From: Candidatus Eiseniibacteriota bacterium
Lineage (GTDB): Bacteria > Eisenbacteria > RBG-16-71-46
Length of the DNA: 64,000 nucleotides
Direction: 5' to 3'
Assembly (NCBI GenBank): GCA_963725865.1
Contig: CAVSAC010000012.1
Location: forward strand, 384,001 to 448,000
Below the pieces are notes generated by a model. That model made no database searches. It was not told the DNA's origin and saw only the letters and a program-made list of their open reading frames with translations. Below, piece by piece: positions 38,254-52,042 of the stretch; position 1 is the stretch's first letter; each line of letters starts with the position of its first letter. Both the position numbers and the translations under genes were made by a program.

Positions 38254-41200
38254 TCAGGGCAGCGGCGGATTCGCCGCCGAAAGCGCGCCCTCCGCCGCGG
38301 TGGGCGCTTCGTTCACGGGCGCGGGCTCCCCCATCACGACGAGCAGGTGGTGCTCGCCGCCATCCTCGACCAGCGGGATCGCGCCGGGATCCACCGGGTG
38401 ACCGTCCAGCTCCGCGCGCGCGACGCCGCGGCTGGCGTGCGCGGGATTCTCCACCGAGATCCGGTAGAGGCTGGTGCCCGCGCGCCACTGCACGGTGAAT
38501 CCGCGCCACGACGCGGGGATGCACGGCGCGACCGAGAAGCACGACCCGCGCCGGCCGAGCCCGAGGATCGACTCGAGCCCGAGCCGGTACATCCAGGCGG
38601 CGGAGCCGGTGTACCAGGTCCAGCCGCCGCGGCCGATGTGCGCCGGGTGCGTGTACACGTCGGCGGCGACCACGTAGGGTTCCACCTTGTAGCGGTCGAG
38701 ATCGGCGGGCGTGCGGGAGTGGTTGATCGGGTTCAGCATGTGGAACAGCTCGACCGCCTCGTCGCCGTTGCCTAGCTGCGCGATCGCCATCACGGTCCAC
38801 AGCGCGGCGTGCGTGTACTGGCCGCCGTTCTCCCGCACGCCCGGCACGTAGGCCTTGATGTAGCCGGGATCGAGCGCGGACTGGTCGAACGGCGGGGCGA
38901 GCAGTTTGATCACGCCCGCGTCGCGCCGCACGAGCTGCATGCGAACGGCGTCCATGGCGCGCTCGGCGCGCTCCGCGGACGCGGCACCCGACAGCACCGC
39001 CCAGCTCTGCGAGATCGCGTCGATGCGGCACTCGGGGATCTGCGCCGAGCCGAGCGGCGAGCCGTCGTCGAAGTAGGCCCGCCGGTACCAGTCGCCGTCC
39101 CACGCCTGCTCCAGCATCGCCACCATGCGCTCGCGTTCGGCCCGCCAGCGGACGGCGCGCGCGGTGTCGCCGCGGGCGTCCACGATCGCGGCGAAGTCGC
39201 GCAGGATCATCGTCAGCAGCCATCCGAGCCACACGCTCTCGCCGCGGCCCTGGTAGCCGACGCGGTTCAGCCCGTCGTTCCAGTCGCCGGTGCCGATCAG
39301 CGGCAGCCCGTGCCGGCCGGTCGTCAGTCCGCGCTCGATCGCGCGGATGCAGTGCTCGACGAGCGTTCCGGACTCCTCCGCGACTTCGGGCCGCCCGTAG
39401 CGTTCCAGCTCGCCGTGCTCCAGCGGCGGCGCGCGCAGGAAGCCGACCCGCTCGTCGAGCACCGCGCGATCGCCGGTGCGGCTCACGTAGTGCGCGACGG
39501 CGAACGGCAGCCACATCAGGTCGTCGGAGCAGCGGGTGCGCACGCCGCGGCCGGTGTGCTCGTGCCACCAGTGCTGCACGTCGCCCTCGGTGAACTGGCG
39601 GGCGGCGCAGCGCAGCAGGTGCTCGCGGTAGAGGTCCGGCCGCGCGAGCCCGAGCGCCATCACGTCCTGGAGCTGGTCGCGGAAGCCGTAGGCGCCGCCG
39701 GGCTGGAAGAACCCCGTGCGGCCCCACAGTCGCGAGCTGACGGACTGGTACAGCAGCCAGCGGTTCATCATCAGGTCGAACGAATCGTCCGGAGTCTGGA
39801 CCTGCACGGTGCCGAGCAGCGCGTCCCAGCGCGACTCGACCTCCTCCTGCGCCCGCCGCGCCGCCGCCACGCTGCCGAAGCGCTCCATCAGCGCCAGCGC
39901 GTGCGCGCGATCGTCGCCCTGCCCCAGCAGCAGCACGATCTCGCGGGTCTCGCCGGGCTCCAGGTCGATGCGCAGGTGCAGCGCCGCGCACGGGTCGAGG
40001 CCGGCGCCGAAGCGCTGGCTGAGCGCGACCCGCGCCAGCGCGGCCGGCCGCCGCAGCGAGCCGTTGCGGCCCAGGAACTCCAGCCGGTCGCCGGTCGCCG
40101 AGGCGGTGGGCAGGCTGGCGTGCGCGAACGCCACCCGGCCGGCGAAGTCCGCGTTGTAGGGATTGCGCGCCAGCACGGCGCGGGTCTCGGGGTGCTGCTC
40201 GGTGACCACGAAGCGCTGCTCGCCGGCGCGCGGCGGACACAGCGCCCACTCGTTGTAGGCGAACACGCTCAGATGGCGACGTCGCGTGGAGTGATTGACG
40301 AGCGCGAGCCGCGAGAGCTTGAGCGGCTCCTCGGCGTGCACGAACACCGTGCAGGTGCACGTCACGTCGTGCGCGCGATGGGTGAACCGCGTGATTCCGG
40401 CGCCGTGGCGGGTCACCCAGCGGCCACCGTCGGGCGTCCGCGCCAGCGGTCCCGGAGTGGCGCCCCACACGTCCCCGAGGTCCTCGTCGCGCAGGTAGAT
40501 CGCCTCGCCGCTGAACTCGCTGACCGGGTCGTTGGCGAACGGCGTGAGGCGGTTCTCACGGCTGTTGCCGGACCAGGTCCACGCCGCGCCGGTGGCGCCG
40601 ACCACGGTGCCGAAGCGCTCGTTCGCGATCACGTTCACCCACGGCTGCGGCGTGTCCGCGGCGCCGTTCAGGACGATCGCGTACTCGCGCCCCGCGGCGG
40701 TGAAGCCTCCGAGGTCGTTCGCGTGCGTGAGCGGCGGCGTCTCGACCTGCGGCTCGGCGTCGCCCATGGTCGGCGACGCGGGGCGCGTGCGCGCCGCCAG
40801 CGTCGGGGGCCACGTCGGCTCGGGATACGGCAGGCCGAGCTGGTTCGCGAGCTCGCCCAGCTCGCCGTTCAGCACCGCGCGCGCCGCCGCCAGCAGGACG
40901 GTGCGCTCCGCCTCCGGGATGCCGTCGCCGCGGAACAGGAACACGCCGCCGGGACGGTGCTTCCATGCGGCCCACGGACCCTTCTCGAGCAGGCTCTCGA
41001 GCTGCTCGTGCATCTCGTCCAGGTAGCTGGTCGGATGGTCGTTGAGGATGACCACGTCGGCGCTGAGTCCCTTCAGCCGCCAGTACTCCTGCGCGCGCAG
41101 CACCTGGCGCACCAGGGCGATGTCCTCGTCGCGGACCGCACGCACGACCAGGATCGGCAGGTCGCCCGAGACGCCGTGCGACCACAGACCCGGCTGGCCG

Positions 41201-44200
41201 AGCGTGTTGCCCGCCAGCCGCGCGGCGGGGGCGCGCAGCGCGCCGTCGGTCCACAGCACGTGCGAGGCGAGCCGCTCGAAGAGCTGCGCCTCGTCGGCCG
41301 CGAGCCCCAGGTGGCGCAGCCGCATCTGCGTCTGCGTCGATGCGAGCGCGAAGGTGCGCGTGGCCGCGGACGAATCGTCGTACTTCTCCGCCAGCGCGAG
41401 CGCGGCCGCGCGGGTCGCGGCGACCCCGGTCGCGAACGCCAGGCGCACGCGCTCGCCGGGGGCGATGCGCACGCGCCGCCGCAGGCTCAGGATCGGATCG
41501 AGCACGGCGCCGTGTGTGCCCGAGAGCGCCCGGCCGTCGAGTGCCGCGGGGTCCTCGGGGGTGCGTCCCCGACCGTAGAATCGCGCGCGGTCGGTCTCCC
41601 ACTCGATCGCGCCGTGTACGCCCTCCTCGGCGCTCACCACGTGCACCGCCCACGGCGCCGGTTCGTCGGGCGAGCGCGGCCGCCGCCCGCACAGCAGGGC
41701 GGTGCACTCGGGCAGGTACTCGGTCTCGAGGAACAGCTTGAGGAACGCCGGATGCGACACGTCGTCGGCGGGCGGTGCCAGCACCACCTCGACCAGGCTC
41801 GTCACCTCGATCTCGCGCAGCCGATCGGTGCGATTGACGAGCGTGACCCGGCGCACCTCGACGTCGTCCTCGGGGGAGACCGTGATCTCGAGCCGCGTCT
41901 CGATGCCGTCGTCGGTGCGCTCGAACAGGGCCTCGTCGGGGCGGAACGTCACGCGGTAGCGCTCGGGCTCGCGGCACACCGGCTGATGCGCGGCCGACCA
42001 CAGCAGCCCGCTGCGCACGTCGCGCAGGTAGACGAACTGGCTGCCCGGGTCGCAGGTGGGATCGTCCCGCTGGCGGGTGACGGCGAGTCCCCGCCACGTG
42101 CTCGCGCCGCCGCCCGCGTTGGTGACGATCGCCGTGTACTGGCCGTTCGACAGGAAGTGGGCGCTCGCATGGAACGTGTGCGGCGAGCGGAAGCGCCGCG
42201 GCGAGACCGCGGGCACCGGTGCCGCGACCCGCGTGGACTCGGCCGCGCGCGGCCGGATGACCGGCACGAAGCGTGGCACGCGCTCCTGCAGCAGCGGCTC
42301 GGTGGCCTGCACGCGGGGGTCCGAATGGAAGCGCCGCACCATCGGCGCGCCGAGCACCGCGCCGGCCAGCGCGACCAGGCTCATGCCCTGGTGATGCGCG
42401 AAGAAGGCCTGCACCCGCTGGACGCGGGGCGGCGCGGGCGCCGCCTCGGCGTCGGGATCGAGCGGGCGGCGCGGCGTGAGATCGAGCGCCTCGACGAAGC
42501 CGTACGCCCCCGCGGCGCCTTCGCGGGCGAGGCGGCGGAAGTTCGCGGCCGCGGCGGCGGGGTCGATCACCGCGGCGAGCGCGGTGGCGTAGGGCGCGAT
42601 CACCAGGTCCTCGGCGAGCCCGCGCTTGAGCCCCGCGCCGGGGACTCCGAACGCCTTGTACTGGTAGCTGCCGTGGGGATCCTGCACGTTGTAGGCCGAC
42701 TCCGAGATGCCCCACGGCACGTGATGGCGCCGGCCGTAGAGGACCTGCGCGCGCACCAGCGCGCGACACGCGTCCTCGAGCAGGGTTTCGGGGTGGCTGC
42801 GCATCAGGAGCAGCGGCATCAGGTACTCGAACATCGAGCCGCTCCACGACACCAGCGTGGTGCAGCCCTCGACGCTCACCAGCGCCCGCGAGAGCCGGAA
42901 CCAGTGCTCCTGCGGCACGTCGCCGCGGGCGATGGCGACGAAGCTCGCGAGGCGCGCCTCCGAGGCCAGCAGGTCGTAGCACGACGGGTCGAGACGCCCC
43001 GGCCCGTCGGCGTCGGCGAGGCGGAACCCGATCGAGAACACGCCGCGCGCCGGTTCGAAGAGGAACTTCCAGTCCATGCCGTCGGCGAGGTCGTCGCAGC
43101 GGCGGGCGAGGTCCCGCAGGCGCTCGCGCAGCGCCTCCGGCCGCTCCGCGTGCTCCGCGCACGCCGCGAGTCCCTCGAGGAGAAGCCGGCCCCACTCGCC
43201 GACGTCGTCGGCCTCGGCGCCCGCGGGCGCCTCGGCGGCGATCCGCTCGAGCGCGGCGCGCAGGTCGGCGACGCGCGCGGGAATCGCCCGCCGCGCGTGC
43301 TCCGACTCGACGGCGGCCAGCGCCACAGGCAGCGCGTCGAGCTCCCGCCGCACCGCGCTGCAGCTCGCGCGCAACGCGGTGGCCGCGTGCGCCCGGTGCT
43401 CGAGCGCCGCGAGCGCGTCCGCGAGCACGCCGGCGGTGTCGAGCACGCCCGCCCGCGGCCGCGCCACGTCGTCCGTGCCCTCGGCCAGCTCGCGCAGGCC
43501 GGCGGCGAGCGCCATCAGCGCGCCCGCCAGGTTGCCGCTGTCCACGGTCGACACGTAGCGCGGGGCGAGCGGCGCGAGCCGCGTCGTGTCGTACCAGTTC
43601 AGCAGGTGGCCCTCGTGGCGCTCGAGCGACTCGACCGTCGCGAGCGTGTCCTCGAGCCGCTCCGCGAGCTGTTCGGAGTCGAGGTAGCCGAGGTCGTGCG
43701 CGGCGAGCGCCGACAGCAGCCCCATGCCGATGTTGGTCGGCGAGGTGCGGTGCGCGATGAGCAGGTCGGGTGCCATCTGCACGTTGTCGGGCGGCAGCGC
43801 GTGATCCAGCGGCGTGACGAAGCGCTCGAAGTAGTGCCAGGTGCGGCGCGCGATGCGGCGCAGCTGCTGGGCGTCGGAGGCGCCGAACGCGAGCCGCCGC
43901 GGCACCACCGGCCGGCTGAGCCACCACGCGATCAGCGGCGAGGCCAGCCACGCCGCGACGAACGGCAGCGCCACCGGCAGCGCGGCGGGGCGCAGCGGCA
44001 CGACGGCCAGCAGCACCAGGAGCGCGGTCGCCGGGCCGGCCCACATCTCGGCGGCGAACACCCGCGGCCCGCCGCGCGCGAGCAGGCCGGCGGCGCGGGC
44101 CGCGCTGACCGCGGCGGTCTCCCACTCCAGCAGCCGCCGCTGCGTGATCACCATCCGCACCAGCGTCAGCACGATGGCGTGCACCATCTCGAAGGCGTGG

Positions 44201-46902
44201 TAGGCCAGCAGCGTCGTCTGCAGGAACACCTGCGCGGCGGCGTTCTCCAGCTCGCTCCACACGTCGTGCAGGAACACGGCGAACGGCTGCTGCGGGCGGG
44301 GGCCGAACCCCAGGTGCACCATGGGCGGGAACAGCGGGAACGCGAGGACCGCCAGCGCCGCCAGCGTCCAGTCGAGCGGCGAGCCGGGCAGCCACGTCCA
44401 CGCCGAGACGAGCAGCGCCACCAGCGCCGGCGCCAGCAGGCTGCGGCGCAGGTTGTCGAGGATCTTCCAGCGGCTGATCAGCGGCAGCCGGCTGCGCTCC
44501 AGCCCGTGGCGCGTCGGCACCACGGGCAGCAGGAAGGACAGCACCTGCCAGTCGCCGCGCACCCAGCGATGCTGCCGGCGCGCGTGGGTGAGCACGCTCG
44601 AGGGGAAGTCGTCCACGAGCTCGACGTCCGAGACCAGCGCGCAGCGCGCGTAGAGGCCCTCGAACAGGTCGTGCGAGAGCATCGCGTTCTCGGCCACGCG
44701 GCCCTCGAGCGCGGCGGTGAAGGTGTCCACGTCGTACAGACCCTTGCCGGTGAAGCTGCCCTCGCCGAACAGGTCCTGGTAGGTGTCGGACACCGCGGTG
44801 GTGTAGGGATCGATGCCGGTGTGCCCGGCGTACGCCCGCGCGAACAGCGAGCCCGCCGCGCTGGCCAGTGTCACGCTGACCCGCGGCTGGAGGATCCCGT
44901 AGCCTTCGACGACCCGTCCCACCCGCGGATCGAAGCGCGGGCGGTTGAGCGGATGCTCGATCACCCCGATCAGGCGCCGGGCGGCGTCGCGCGGCAGGCG
45001 CGTGTCGCTGTCGAGCGTGATGCAGTAGCGCACGTGCGGCAGGATCGCCGGATCGCCGATCCGCACGCAGAAGCCGGTGTCGGTGGCGCCGCGCAGCAGC
45101 CGGTTGAACTCCTCGAGCTTGCCGCGCTTGCGCTCCCAGCCCATCCAGACGCCTTCGCTGCCGTTCCAGTGGCGCGCGCGGTGAAAGAGGTAGAAGCGGT
45201 CGGCGGCACCAGGCGCGTAGCGGGCGTTGAGCGCCTCGATCCCCTCGACCGCGGCCGCCAGCACCGCGTCCTCGCCCGGGAGCGTCGCGGTGGCGGCGTC
45301 CGGGAAGTCGGTGAGCAGCGCGAAATGCAGGTGCGGGTCGCGATTGCCGAGTGCGTGCACCTCGAGGTGCTCGACCAGGGTCCGCACGCTCTCGACCGAG
45401 GAGATGAGCGTCGGCACGATGACCATCGTGCGCGCGGTCGCGGGCACGCCGCCGCGCAGGTCCAGCCGTGGGAGCGGCAGCGGCCGGATGAAGTGGTGGA
45501 CCACGCGGTTCAGGGCCGCCACGGCGAACTCGCTGGCCGGGATCAGCGCGAGCGCACCGACCCAGGCCCAGCTCCACGGCGGCGCGGCGGCCGCGCGCGC
45601 GACCGCCACGGCACCCGCGACGCCGAGCCCCGTGAGCACGCCCAGCGCGCCGAGGTAGCAGGCGGTGGCGTGCGCGAACAACTGGCGGCCGAGCCGCCGG
45701 CCCAGCGGCGGGTGGTAGGCCACGTCGCTCTCGAGCTCGCGGCGGCCGCCCCCGATCAGGTGGTAGCCGACGTGGGCCACGCGCGAATCGACGCCGGGCG
45801 TCTCGGCCGCCTGGCGCGCGCTCTCGACGGCGCGCAACGCGACCCGCACCTGCGCCTCGCCGCTCGGCTCCGCCAGCGCCTCGACGGCATGGCGATAGCG
45901 GTCGCGGCTGGCGAAATCCATGCGGGCGTAGAGGCCGGGCGGGTCGCGGCGCAGGATCTGCTCGATCAGGCTCACGTCCTCGACGTAGTCGTTCCAGTCG
46001 AGGGTGGAGCACAGCCGCAGGCTGGTGATGGAGTTGCCCATCGAGACGTGGTTCATGGCCAGCCGCTGGTGATCGGCGCGCACGGCGTCCTCGACCGTCA
46101 CGCCCGCGGCGTCCAGACGCTCCTCGAGCCGCTTGCGCAGCTCGGCGGCGCCGGCGCCGTACTCGCGCATGCGCTGCAGCAGCTGGTCCACGAACGCGAC
46201 GTGCAGGACCGCGGGCAGCGGCGGCGGGCGCCCGCTCGGCCCCGCGCTCTCGAACGCGGCGAAGATGCGATCCGCCTCGCGGCGTCCGGCGCGGCTCTCG
46301 AGCAGCTCCTCCGAGAGCCGGCGCAGGTGCTCGATGAGGGCGAGCTTGAGCATGCTGGGCCAGGCCCACAGCTCGCCGATGGTGAGCGGGGCCACCGTCT
46401 GATACGCGTTCATGAACCGGTCGAGGCGCTGAGCGTCGAGTCGCGCGTCGCTGTAGCGGAGCAGCTCCACCGCCATCGCGTAGACGCGCGCCGTGCCCGC
46501 CCGCCCGCGCGCCGCCAGCTTCGGCAGCTCGAGGTAGAAGCGCGTCGGCAGGTAGCGGCGGATCTCGCGCAGCTCGCCTTCCACCAGATGGAAGTTGTCG
46601 AGCAGCCATTCGGCGGCCGGGCTACCGGACTCGCCGCGTCGAACGTCCCCGGCGAGCGTGCGGTAGGCGAGTCGCAGCACACGGGCATCGTCGGACAGGC
46701 GGCGCAGGAGCCGCGGCGGGCCGCGCCGTGGGGTGCGGGACAGCGTGAACTCGGCGGCCAGCGAGCGGGCTCGCTCCTCGAGACGCTCGACGCCGAGGAG
46801 TTCGCCGTGAAGGGGGCTCGAGTCGAGTCCGATCGGTCGCGGGCGCGCTCCACCCGCGGGGCCGGGAGCGGCGCGGGGCGGCGGATTGCGGGCGATGGAC
46901 AA
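38254..46902 (-). CDS. cgs: Cyclic beta-1,2-glucan synthase (GT84 + cyclisation domain + GH94), 2882 aa
   Basis: [88 protein letters not shown] start uncertain. Confidence 0.95.
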   Translation of the reverse strand: MSIARNPPPRAAPGPAGGARPRPIGLDSSPLHGELLGVERLEERARSLAAEFTLSRTPRRGPPRLLRRLSDDARVLRLAYRTLAGDVRRGESGSPAAEWLLDNFHLVEGELREIRRYLPTRFYLELPKLAARGRAGTARVYAMAVELLRYSDARLDAQRLDRFMNAYQTVAPLTIGELWAWPSMLKLALIEHLRRLSEELLESRAGRREADRIFAAFESAGPSGRPPPLPAVLHVAFVDQLLQRMREYGAGAAELRKRLEERLDAAGVTVEDAVRADHQRLAMNHVSMGNSITSLRLCSTLDWNDYVEDVSLIEQILRRDPPGLYARMDFASRDRYRHAVEALAEPSGEAQVRVALRAVESARQAAETPGVDSRVAHVGYHLIGGGRRELESDVAYHPPLGRRLGRQLFAHATACYLGALGVLTGLGVAGAVAVARAAAAPPWSWAWVGALALIPASEFAVAALNRVVHHFIRPLPLPRLDLRGGVPATARTMVIVPTLISSVESVRTLVEHLEVHALGNRDPHLHFALLTDFPDAATATLPGEDAVLAAAVEGIEALNARYAPGAADRFYLFHRARHWNGSEGVWMGWERKRGKLEEFNRLLRGATDTGFCVRIGDPAILPHVRYCITLDSDTRLPRDAARRLIGVIEHPLNRPRFDPRVGRVVEGYGILQPRVSVTLASAAGSLFARAYAGHTGIDPYTTAVSDTYQDLFGEGSFTGKGLYDVDTFTAALEGRVAENAMLSHDLFEGLYARCALVSDVELVDDFPSSVLTHARRQHRWVRGDWQVLSFLLPVVPTRHGLERSRLPLISRWKILDNLRRSLLAPALVALLVSAWTWLPGSPLDWTLAALAVLAFPLFPPMVHLGFGPRPQQPFAVFLHDVWSELENAAAQVFLQTTLLAYHAFEMVHAIVLTLVRMVITQRRLLEWETAAVSAARAAGLLARGGPRVFAAEMWAGPATALLVLLAVVPLRPAALPVALPFVAAWLASPLIAWWLSRPVVPRRLAFGASDAQQLRRIARRTWHYFERFVTPLDHALPPDNVQMAPDLLIAHRTSPTNIGMGLLSALAAHDLGYLDSEQLAERLEDTLATVESLERHEGHLLNWYDTTRLAPLAPRYVSTVDSGNLAGALMALAAGLRELAEGTDDVARPRAGVLDTAGVLADALAALEHRAHAATALRASCSAVRRELDALPVALAAVESEHARRAIPARVADLRAALERIAAEAPAGAEADDVGEWGRLLLEGLAACAEHAERPEALRERLRDLARRCDDLADGMDWKFLFEPARGVFSIGFRLADADGPGRLDPSCYDLLASEARLASFVAIARGDVPQEHWFRLSRALVSVEGCTTLVSWSGSMFEYLMPLLLMRSHPETLLEDACRALVRAQVLYGRRHHVPWGISESAYNVQDPHGSYQYKAFGVPGAGLKRGLAEDLVIAPYATALAAVIDPAAAAANFRRLAREGAAGAYGFVEALDLTPRRPLDPDAEAAPAPPRVQRVQAFFAHHQGMSLVALAGAVLGAPMVRRFHSDPRVQATEPLLQERVPRFVPVIRPRAAESTRVAAPVPAVSPRRFRSPHTFHASAHFLSNGQYTAIVTNAGGGASTWRGLAVTRQRDDPTCDPGSQFVYLRDVRSGLLWSAAHQPVCREPERYRVTFRPDEALFERTDDGIETRLEITVSPEDDVEVRRVTLVNRTDRLREIEVTSLVEVVLAPPADDVSHPAFLKLFLETEYLPECTALLCGRRPRSPDEPAPWAVHVVSAEEGVHGAIEWETDRARFYGRGRTPEDPAALDGRALSGTHGAVLDPILSLRRRVRIAPGERVRLAFATGVAATRAAALALAEKYDDSSAATRTFALASTQTQMRLRHLGLAADEAQLFERLASHVLWTDGALRAPAARLAGNTLGQPGLWSHGVSGDLPILVVRAVRDEDIALVRQVLRAQEYWRLKGLSADVVILNDHPTSYLDEMHEQLESLLEKGPWAAWKHRPGGVFLFRGDGIPEAERTVLLAAARAVLNGELGELANQLGLPYPEPTWPPTLAARTRPASPTMGDAEPQVETPPLTHANDLGGFTAAGREYAIVLNGAADTPQPWVNVIANERFGTVVGATGAAWTWSGNSRENRLTPFANDPVSEFSGEAIYLRDEDLGDVWGATPGPLARTPDGGRWVTRHGAGITRFTHRAHDVTCTCTVFVHAEEPLKLSRLALVNHSTRRRHLSVFAYNEWALCPPRAGEQRFVVTEQHPETRAVLARNPYNADFAGRVAFAHASLPTASATGDRLEFLGRNGSLRRPAALARVALSQRFGAGLDPCAALHLRIDLEPGETREIVLLLGQGDDRAHALALMERFGSVAAARRAQEEVESRWDALLGTVQVQTPDDSFDLMMNRWLLYQSVSSRLWGRTGFFQPGGAYGFRDQLQDVMALGLARPDLYREHLLRCAARQFTEGDVQHWWHEHTGRGVRTRCSDDLMWLPFAVAHYVSRTGDRAVLDERVGFLRAPPLEHGELERYGRPEVAEESGTLVEHCIRAIERGLTTGRHGLPLIGTGDWNDGLNRVGYQGRGESVWLGWLLTMILRDFAAIVDARGDTARAVRWRAERERMVAMLEQAWDGDWYRRAYFDDGSPLGSAQIPECRIDAISQSWAVLSGAASAERAERAMDAVRMQLVRRDAGVIKLLAPPFDQSALDPGYIKAYVPGVRENGGQYTHAALWTVMAIAQLGNGDEAVELFHMLNPINHSRTPADLDRYKVEPYVVAADVYTHPAHIGRGGWTWYTGSAAWMYRLGLESILGLGRRGSCFSVAPCIPASWRGFTVQWRAGTSLYRISVENPAHASRGVARAELDGHPVDPGAIPLVEDGGEHHLLVVMGEPAPVNEAPTAAEGALSAANPPLP

Positions 46903-47199
46903 CTGCCGAACGTCCTTCCGGAACGGGCCGCGGGAGAGTCCGCAACCATGGTCGAGGCGGTGCCCGCATCGTAACAGTCTTTCGAGCGCCCGTCGCGGGA
47001 TGGCCGCGCGGGTGAGAAGCGTCGCCGATGCCGGGCCTGGCTGCTCGCGCGCGCCTCGCCAACGCCTGGGGCGGCGTCCGTTCGCCGTGACCCTTGGCTC
47101 GATCGGCGGGAATGGTGGTCCAGATCGAGGCGGGTTGTACCCAGTCCTCTGTGCCGTGCGCTATTCTCTGGAGCAGGTCACCGCTTCGAGGGTCAGCCC

Positions 47200-48522
<1,323 letters not shown>

Positions 48523-48552
48523 GGCTCCGCGCTCGGGTCGTGCTGCGCCCGC

Positions 48553-49425
48553 TCACCTTCCGAACAGGTCGCTGGCGTCGAAGCTCACACCCAAGGTCAC
48601 GTGCAGCGAGGTGAGCCGGAGCCCGTCAGGCAGTCGCCGCAGCACCGCATCGGGCAGCGGCGATTCGGACGGCGCGCGGTAGCGGATCGAGGACCAGCGG
48701 ATGTGCTGCGCGCTCATCCCGCCGACCACGCGCACGCCGCGGTGCGCGCGCCAGCCCAGCAGCAGGGACGCCTCCGGCGCCAGCGCCCGTTCGGTGTCGA
48801 GCCGCACCAGCGTGCTGTCGGTGGTGCCGTTGGCCTGGGCCAGCTGCACCACGCTCGCGCCCAGCGTCGCGTACCAGAACGTGGACCGCGGAGCGCGCCA
48901 GAGCGGGAAGGGACCGAACAGCGCACTGCCGTAGAGCCCGCCCACGGGGAACGTCGAAGCGAGCGTGCCGCGGTGACCGTGGACGTCCACGCGGTAGGCG
49001 CCCGAGTACTGGTAGCCCACCGCGAGCGACACCCAGCCGTCGCGCCCGGGGAGGGTGTGATGGCTGCGCACGGAACGGACGGTGCGCAGCGTATCCACCC
49101 GCATCGCTCCCGGCGTGCTCGGCGTGCCCGGCTGCCATTCGACCGCGGTCCTGACCGAGTCGAGCGTCACGATGGTGTCGGGCTGGCCGCCGAAGGGGCC
49201 GAACACTGCGGCGAACCCACCGCGCACGAACGGGTGGCGGTCGCCGAGGTAGAACGCCTCGGGATGCCGGACGTCGCGATAGCCGAGCGATCCCCACAGG
49301 TAGCCGCCCGTCAGCTTGGCGAACGGCGGAGCGACGGAATTGAATTGCGCTCGCGCGGGGATCGCCGATCCGAGGAGCGCGAGCACCGCCGCGGCGGCCG
49401 CGGCGCGGGCGGTGAGGCACCTCAT
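48553..49425 (-). CDS. Exported probable OM beta-barrel protein
   Basis: Signal peptide ending ARA-Q, amphipathic strands, LHVTLGVSF near the C-terminus; GGAGG RBS. Confidence 0.6.
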   Translation of the reverse strand: MRCLTARAAAAAAVLALLGSAIPARAQFNSVAPPFAKLTGGYLWGSLGYRDVRHPEAFYLGDRHPFVRGGFAAVFGPFGGQPDTIVTLDSVRTAVEWQPGTPSTPGAMRVDTLRTVRSVRSHHTLPGRDGWVSLAVGYQYSGAYRVDVHGHRGTLASTFPVGGLYGSALFGPFPLWRAPRSTFWYATLGASVVQLAQANGTTDSTLVRLDTERALAPEASLLLGWRAHRGVRVVGGMSAQHIRWSSIRYRAPSESPLPDAVLRRLPDGLRLTSLHVTLGVSFDASDLFGR

Positions 49426-49483
49426 GCGGACCTCCGATCGAGACGCTTCAGCAGGACGGGTCGGCCGGGCGTGGGCGCGCTCG

Positions 49484-50134
49484 TCACCCCGAGGCGGACT
49501 GAGGACGAGGTGCCGGCACCGTCCGACGACAAGGGACGCCCTCGCGCGGGGCCAGCACTCGATCCACACCGGCCGCCGCGCTCGCGAGCGCCGTGAAACC
49601 CTGGACGAAGACCGCGGGCAGCTTGAACACGTAACCCGAGAGCGGACGGGTCGCTCCCCGGTCTCCCATCTCGAACGGGTAGTACAGCGGAGATCCTACC
49701 TCGTCCTCGAGCGCGCGCAACGCGGGGAAGAAACTCCACTGGATCCGGGCGATCTCGTGCAGCGGCACGGCGGCGTCCAGCGGGGTGGATCGCCGGAGCT
49801 CGATGCCCCAGCTGGGCAGCGGCCGGCTGAGGCCGGTGCCTCGGTGGGATCCCGCGGGGAGCGGCCACGCGACGTCACGCTTCTCGACCGCGCCATGCGC
49901 GACGGACCAGGCATCGATCGCGTGGCGGGATGCGTCGTAGTGGAAGACGAGATCCCCGCTATTGACGTGCGTGATCAACCGATGGGTCCACGAGGTCGAG
50001 AGCCGGCCCTCGCCGCGCGGCGCAGCCAGCAACGCGTCGCGGCCGGGGCGCTCGGTGACGTCGAGCCAGTAGCGCTCCCTGGGCGCTCCTGCCCACCAGG
50101 CGTGGATGTCGTCCGCGCGGCGATGCCATCTCAT
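49484..50134 (-). CDS. Stand-alone EVE/PUA-like domain protein (resembles the N-domain of modification-dependent nucleases)
   Basis: WW..ERYWLDVT, V.SGDLVFHY, LYYPF, GYVFKLP; no nuclease motif. Confidence 0.5.
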   Translation of the reverse strand: MRWHRRADDIHAWWAGAPRERYWLDVTERPGRDALLAAPRGEGRLSTSWTHRLITHVNSGDLVFHYDASRHAIDAWSVAHGAVEKRDVAWPLPAGSHRGTGLSRPLPSWGIELRRSTPLDAAVPLHEIARIQWSFFPALRALEDEVGSPLYYPFEMGDRGATRPLSGYVFKLPAVFVQGFTALASAAAGVDRVLAPREGVPCRRTVPAPRPQSASG

Positions 50135-50222
50135 CGCGAGTGGTCCCTTTCCGAACGCGGATGCGCGGGCACACGGTCATGCCGCGCGCTCGAGACCCGT
50201 GAATCGTCCCATCGGAGGATGA

Positions 50223-50237
50223 GCCAGATTGATGCCA
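50223..50237 (-). promoter_or_regulatory. Sigma54 promoter for the gene at 50134
   Basis: Minus strand TGGCAT-CAATC-TGGC (GG-N10-GC). Confidence 0.55.
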
Positions 50238-50363
50238 GTCCATCGAGTCGGGCCCCAGATCGCCAACTCGTTGCCGATCGCGTCGCTGGGTGGCTGGCGG
50301 CTCCGGTCACGGAGATCAGGCGAGTCGGACCGCGCGTCGGAATTGAAAGGGCTCCTCCCGGCA

Positions 50364-50379
50364 GTGGAAGGATCTTCAA
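50364..50379 (-). promoter_or_regulatory. UAS motif TTGAA-N4-CTKCCAC (copy 1)
   Basis: Minus strand TTGAAGATCCTTCCAC; matches 51745-51760 and 54039-54054. Confidence 0.6.
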
Positions 50380-50657
50380 TGCGGCGGGTCGGGGACGGGG
50401 CGTTCCCGAACGGATCACATGCACGGGACATCCGAGGAGGTCGCGCGCGGAGTCGCCGCCGGTGGTCCGACGCGATCATCCCGACGCTCCGCCGCCGCCG
50501 CCGAGATGTCACGGGCGGCGCACCGTCGCGATCGAATCTCAGGGGCGGCGCATTTCCCACAGGTCGGGCGCCCCTCGTGCGGTGAGGCGATCGGGACTTG
50601 CCGTTCATGGTGCTGCCCGACAGGCGCTTGAGCCGATCGGTCCGCTTCGCGTCCGGC

Positions 50658-50672
50658 TGGCACCGGGCTTGC
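50658..50672 (+). promoter_or_regulatory. Sigma54 promoter upstream of 50911
   Basis: TGGCAC-CGGGC-TTGC, full consensus. Confidence 0.7.
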
Positions 50673-50910
50673 GGTGTAGTCGCAGCGCGGCACGTCAGCG
50701 AGCCAGCGGCTTCATCTCCCACCCTCCGCTCGCAAGTCGTCTCGCCGAGGATCAGGCCACCCATTCCCGCTCGGCCGATCCTCGCCGGGTCGCTCACGAC
50801 CCTTCACCGCCAAGCTCGACAGCGAAGTCGCCTCAGACCCCTGGGTCCGAGGCCTGGCCGCGTGTGCTTGCAGGATCCACGACTCTTCAGCCTAGGGACC
50901 GGGAGGATCC

Positions 50911-51579
50911 ATGAAATGCACCCGACGCATCGCTCTGCTGGCCGCCTCGTCGCTGCTCGTCGTTGCGGCGCCGGCGCCAGCCTCGACCACCTCCGCCACT
51001 CCCTTCTCCATCCACTGGAGCGCACCGGGCGACGACTTCCGGATCGGCCGGGCGACGGTTTACGACCTGCGCTACTCGAGCGCGCCGCTCACGGCGGCGA
51101 ACTTCAGCCTGGCCACGAAGCTCACCGGGCTCCCTGCGCCCGCGGTCGCGGGATCGCCGGAGTCCCTCGTGGTCACGGGGCTGCCCGACAGCGTCGCCTT
51201 CTACCTGGCCCTCAAGTCCGCGGACGAGGTGGGGAACTGGTCGACCATCTCCAACGTGGTGACCCGGCCGGCGCGCGTCGCGGGGGTCGATCCATCACCG
51301 CTCGAAGTCTCGTTCTCATCGCCGTGGCCCAATCCCGCGCGCGAGTCGGTGCATTGGCGCTTCACCCTGACGCAGGCCGCGCCGCTCCAGGTCGATGTCT
51401 TCGACGCGATGGGCCGCCTCGTGCGGACCGTGGCGAGCGGCGAACGCGCGGCGGGCAGGGGAGATCTGTCCTGGGATCTGCGCGACGACCGCGGTAGTCC
51501 GGTGGGCGCAGGCCTCTACTTCGCGCGGGCCCGCATCGGCTCGAAGGCGTGGACGAGCCGTCTGGTGGTCGTGCGCTGA
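50911..51579 (+). CDS. Secreted Fn3-like protein with FlgD-Ig/T9SS-CTD-like tail
   Basis: WSAPGDD..YDLRYS..DEVGNWS; PWPNP...DAMGRLVR...WDLRD...GLYFAR. Confidence 0.82.
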   Translation: MKCTRRIALLAASSLLVVAAPAPASTTSATPFSIHWSAPGDDFRIGRATVYDLRYSSAPLTAANFSLATKLTGLPAPAVAGSPESLVVTGLPDSVAFYLALKSADEVGNWSTISNVVTRPARVAGVDPSPLEVSFSSPWPNPARESVHWRFTLTQAAPLQVDVFDAMGRLVRTVASGERAAGRGDLSWDLRDDRGSPVGAGLYFARARIGSKAWTSRLVVVR

Positions 51580-51718
51580 GCGTGGGGGTCCGCCGCCGCA
51601 AGATGCCTCCAGCCGCCCCATCGCGCGGACCCCACTCGATCGCTCGGACCCATGCAGTGAGTACGCGGAGTATGCGGACGAGGGCGCGCCCGGGATGGCC
51701 CGGCCCGTCGGCCGACTC

Positions 51719-51760
51719 CGGAATTGAAGTTCCCTCCGCGCCGCTTGAAATTCCTGCCAC
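51719..51760 (+). promoter_or_regulatory. Tandem UAS (TTGAA x2; TTGAAATTCCTGCCAC)
   Basis: Ends 99 nt before the sigma54 site at 51860; same arrangement at 54015-54054. Confidence 0.65.
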
Positions 51761-51859
51761 GCGGACGGTGCGGATCGGATCCGGCGCGAGCTTCCCGGAA
51801 GAGGCGCACCGCGCACCCCACCAACGACTTCGTCGCGGCTTCTGAACTCGCTGTTTCGA

Positions 51860-51874
51860 TGGCACCGATCGTGC
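51860..51874 (+). promoter_or_regulatory. Sigma54 promoter for the hybrid kinase
   Basis: TGGCAC-CGATC-GTGC. Confidence 0.7.
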
Positions 51875-52042
51875 CTCGTCGAGAGAACGTGACGAAGCAG
51901 GTGGCGCGGTCGCCGTCGATCCGCAGGGGAGAAACGGATTGCGCGCGGCCGCCCACCACCTTCGCTCACAGGGATCGAGCCCATGCGAATCGGGTTGTGG
52001 GGACGTCGCCAGGGGAGCCAGACTGGTGGCGCCACCTGACCG

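Noticed and set aside
38809..46974. 2721-aa plus-strand ORF and other very long overlapping ORFs (40556-46609, 23250-27212, 510-2573)
   Set aside because: Antisense or shifted shadows of real genes caused by high GC3; Arg/Ala/Pro-rich with no motifs.
50855..50872. TGGCCG...TTGCA as a sigma54 promoter
   Set aside because: GG-to-GC spacing is 12 nt, not the required 10.
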